From the IMG/VR virus record IMGVR_UViG_2671180631_000001: DNA of 7,580 nucleotides; one strand, given 5' to 3'. The stretch comes from a virus. Taxonomy: Duplodnaviria; Heunggongvirae; Uroviricota; Caudoviricetes. Positions 5,752 to 7,580 of this stretch are shown here, one piece after another. Position 1 is the stretch's first letter, and every line of letters begins with the position of its first letter. Made by a program: the position numbers and the translations under genes. The notes below the pieces were generated by a model that saw only the letters and a program-made list of their open reading frames with translations, had not been told where the DNA came from and did not search any database.

Positions 5752-6972
5752 ATGAAATACTTTTTTGAGACCAGGCTCGGGGAAACCCGATACCGCCTGG
5801 CTGACGGCTCGTTGCTGTGCAAAGACGTGCCGATAGGACGAACAGGTAAGCAGCTCTATGGTGCTGATGACCTGCCAAAACTGAAACCCGATAAGTTCGG
5901 TGAAATAGTCGTCACGCGTTCTCCTGAGCAGGTATTCCATCCGGCCACGCTTGCCTCATTCGAAGGGATGAGCATCACGATCCTGCATCCTGAAGATGAA
6001 AACGGGAATGTGCGGCTGGTAAATCCCGAGAACTGGAAAGAGCTTGCTGTCGGGCACCTCCAGAATGTCCGGCGCGGGACGGGTGAGCAGTCTGATTTGA
6101 TGCTGGCTGACCTTATCGTCAAAGACGAAAGCGCCATTCAGCTTATCGAAGATGGCCTGCGCGAAGTGTCGTGCGGCTATGACGCGGAGTACGAGCAGAC
6201 CGAGCCAGGTAAAGCCGAGCAGGTCGATATTACCGGAAACCATGTGGCTCTTGTCCCTAAAGGCAGAGCCGGAAATCGTTGTGCAATTGGAGACAGAGAC
6301 ACAATGGCAAATCAAAAGAAAAACTGGTGGAACCGCATGCGTGCGGCCATCAAGACAGGAGATGCCGACACCATGAACGAACTGGTGGAGTCGGCTCCCG
6401 CATCGGTTACAGGAGATGAGGGGGATTTGCCGCAGGGCGTTAATCTCAACATCAACCTGTCCCCGCAGCAACCACTACCGGACAAAGCACCAGAGATGGG
6501 CGGAGATCCAACCGGCGACAGTGATGATGACCTCAAAACATTACTGAAAGCCCTGCTGGCTAAGCTGGAAAGAAATGCCACGGGCGATAACGATAATAAG
6601 CCTGACGATAATCCGACCGGTGACGGCGAGGACGATGAAGAGGAAACCACGATTACTGGTGACTCAGCCTGGCGTGCCGAAGTTATCGTTCCGGGTATCG
6701 ATCTGAGCCGTAAGATGAAACCGACCGCGTTCAAACGCGAGGTTCTGGCTTCTGCTGACAAAACGCTGGTTCGCCAGATAGTCGGTGATGCGGATATCCG
6801 CAAATTACCGAAACAATCGGTCGACATGGCGTTTAATGCCGTGTCTGAGGTTGCCAAAGGGCGAAACACCCGCGCCACCACCGGCGATGCACAGCGCCTA
6901 AACATGGGCATGACCAGTATCGCTTCCCTGAACAAACAAAACGCTGAATTCTGGGCAAACCGTAAAGGGTAA
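5752..6972 (+). CDS. Head scaffolding / prohead-maturation-like protein (conserved N-terminal domain, possibly DUF2213-type, plus acidic low-complexity C-terminal half)
   Basis: ATG 5752, 3 nt after the previous stop; 406 codons; stop TAA 6970-6972. N-terminal about 180 aa globular, with HP...GH...SCGYDAEYE...GNHVALVPKGRAGNRCAIGD. C-terminal half is D/E/G/T-rich with repeated TGD motifs, typical of scaffolding proteins. Position between the Mu-F-like gene and the downstream head genes fits. Family name is from memory. Confidence 0.65.
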   Translation: MKYFFETRLGETRYRLADGSLLCKDVPIGRTGKQLYGADDLPKLKPDKFGEIVVTRSPEQVFHPATLASFEGMSITILHPEDENGNVRLVNPENWKELAVGHLQNVRRGTGEQSDLMLADLIVKDESAIQLIEDGLREVSCGYDAEYEQTEPGKAEQVDITGNHVALVPKGRAGNRCAIGDRDTMANQKKNWWNRMRAAIKTGDADTMNELVESAPASVTGDEGDLPQGVNLNINLSPQQPLPDKAPEMGGDPTGDSDDDLKTLLKALLAKLERNATGDNDNKPDDNPTGDGEDDEEETTITGDSAWRAEVIVPGIDLSRKMKPTAFKREVLASADKTLVRQIVGDADIRKLPKQSVDMAFNAVSEVAKGRNTRATTGDAQRLNMGMTSIASLNKQNAEFWANRKG

Positions 6973-6975
6973 AAA

Positions 6976-7482
6976 ATGAATAATGTATTTCTGTACCGGA
7001 TGCCTGTTGGCATTGCCGGGGCTGTCTCTCGCCCGCAGGACTTAACCGTCGAACCGGTGGTCCTTAAATCCGATAACGCCTTCGCTGCCTATGGCCTGGC
7101 TGGTAAATACGATGATGACGGTTTTTTCGTGCCGCTGGCAGATGGTGATACCGCAGACAAGGTGAAGGGGATCTACGTGCGCCCTTATCCGACCACGTCG
7201 CAGCCGGACATGGTTCGCCAGGTGGGAACAGGCAAGAACTTCCCGGGCGACGCCATGAAGCGTGGCTACGTGACCGTTAATCTCGGTTCTGATTTTGATG
7301 CCAGCACTATCAAAAAAGGCGATCCGGTATACGTTGTCGTCTCCACTGATGAATCCATCAAAGTGCCGCTGGGTGGATTCATGTCCACGTCAGTCAGTGG
7401 CAAAAACGTGGTGCTGACCAACGCTGAATTCACAGGTGCCGGTGATGCTGACGGCAATGCAGAAATTTCCTGGAAGATTTAA
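6976..7482 (+). CDS. Head-module protein of unknown function (possible capsid accessory or decoration protein)
   Basis: ATG 6976 with AAGGG 7 nt upstream, 3 nt after the previous stop; 168 codons; stop TAA 7480-7482. Same strand and tight spacing as the morphogenesis operon. No motif recognised with confidence. Confidence 0.55.
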   Translation: MNNVFLYRMPVGIAGAVSRPQDLTVEPVVLKSDNAFAAYGLAGKYDDDGFFVPLADGDTADKVKGIYVRPYPTTSQPDMVRQVGTGKNFPGDAMKRGYVTVNLGSDFDASTIKKGDPVYVVVSTDESIKVPLGGFMSTSVSGKNVVLTNAEFTGAGDADGNAEISWKI

Positions 7483-7497
7483 GGAACAGACGAATGA

Positions 7498-7520
7498 GGT
7501 GATGCTGCCAACTTACTGAT
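7498..7520 (+). repeat. IS1 left terminal inverted repeat (IRL)
   Basis: GGTGATGCTGCCAACTTACTGAT read at 7498-7520, matching the IS1 terminus as I recall it. Confidence 0.85.
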
Positions 7521-7552
7521 TTAGTGTATGATGGTGTTTTTGAGGTGCTCCA

Positions 7553-7580
7553 GTGGCTTCTGTTTCTATCAGCTGTCCCT
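7553..7580 (+). CDS. insA: IS1 InsA (transposition regulator), 5' partial, truncated by the window end
   Basis: GTG 7553 followed by GCT TCT GTT TCT ATC AGC TGT CCC, giving (M)ASVSISCP, the known InsA N-terminus. Confidence 0.85.

Larger units (their letters stand above)
7498..7580 (+). mobile_element. IS1 insertion sequence, left end (continues beyond the window)
   Basis: 7498-7580 matches the start of IS1 from memory (GGTGATGCTGCCAACTTACTGATTTAGTGTATGATGGTGTTTTTGAGGTGCTCCAGTGGCTTCTGTTTCTATCAGCTGTCCCT), including the IRL and the beginning of insA. Confidence 0.88.

Noticed and set aside
4582-7457. Remaining overlapping or antisense ORFs (4582-4836, 4667-5110, 5148-5408, 5206-5607, 5229-5435, 5540-5878, 5635-5940, 5856-6137, 5956-6471, 6152-6376, 6312-7013, 7266-7457)
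   Set aside because: Each lies within or antisense to a longer ORF with recognisable phage morphogenesis content; typical shadow ORFs of GC-rich coding sequence.
7498-7580. Cloning-vector (pACYC184 / p15A-type) contamination at the 3' end
   Set aside because: The same sequence occurs in pACYC-type vectors as I recall, but there it is the IS1 end carried in with the Tn9 cat cassette. Here the junction with phage DNA falls exactly on the IS1 terminal nucleotide, as expected for transposition. Cannot be finally excluded without downstream sequence.
1-7580. CRISPR array, tRNA, rRNA, integrase or att sites
   Set aside because: No spaced direct-repeat array, no cloverleaf-like tRNA candidate, and no recombinase-like ORF was found in the window.

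Overview
The window reads as the late region of a tailed-phage (lambdoid-type) prophage in an enterobacterial background, running left to right on the + strand: a lysis cassette, an AT-rich reverse-strand cargo gene, a DNA-packaging module and the start of a head-morphogenesis module, ending in an IS1 element. The lysis cassette is a P21-R-like SAR endolysin cut by a 51-N gap, followed after the gap by the C-terminal part of Rz with Rz1 embedded in its +1 frame. The cargo gene (823-1335, minus strand) encodes a DedA/YqaA-like membrane protein. The packaging and head genes are TerS (1530-2294), a PBSX-type TerL (to 3648), a portal, a Mu-F/SPP1-gp7-like head morphogenesis protein, a scaffold-like protein with an acidic C-terminal half, and a 168-aa head-module protein. 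Three things stand out. (1) The portal frame (3648-5114) is continuous but contains two in-frame TAG codons, at 3822-3824 and 4023-4025. (2) The left terminal inverted repeat of IS1 begins at 7498, four nucleotides after an RBS-ATG that looks like the start of the next head gene. (3) An 8-mer, GGTACGCA, occurs five times in both orientations with flanking A-tracts inside terS, a candidate pac site. No tRNA, rRNA or CRISPR array was seen. All family assignments are from reading the translations and recalled motifs; nothing was searched against a database.
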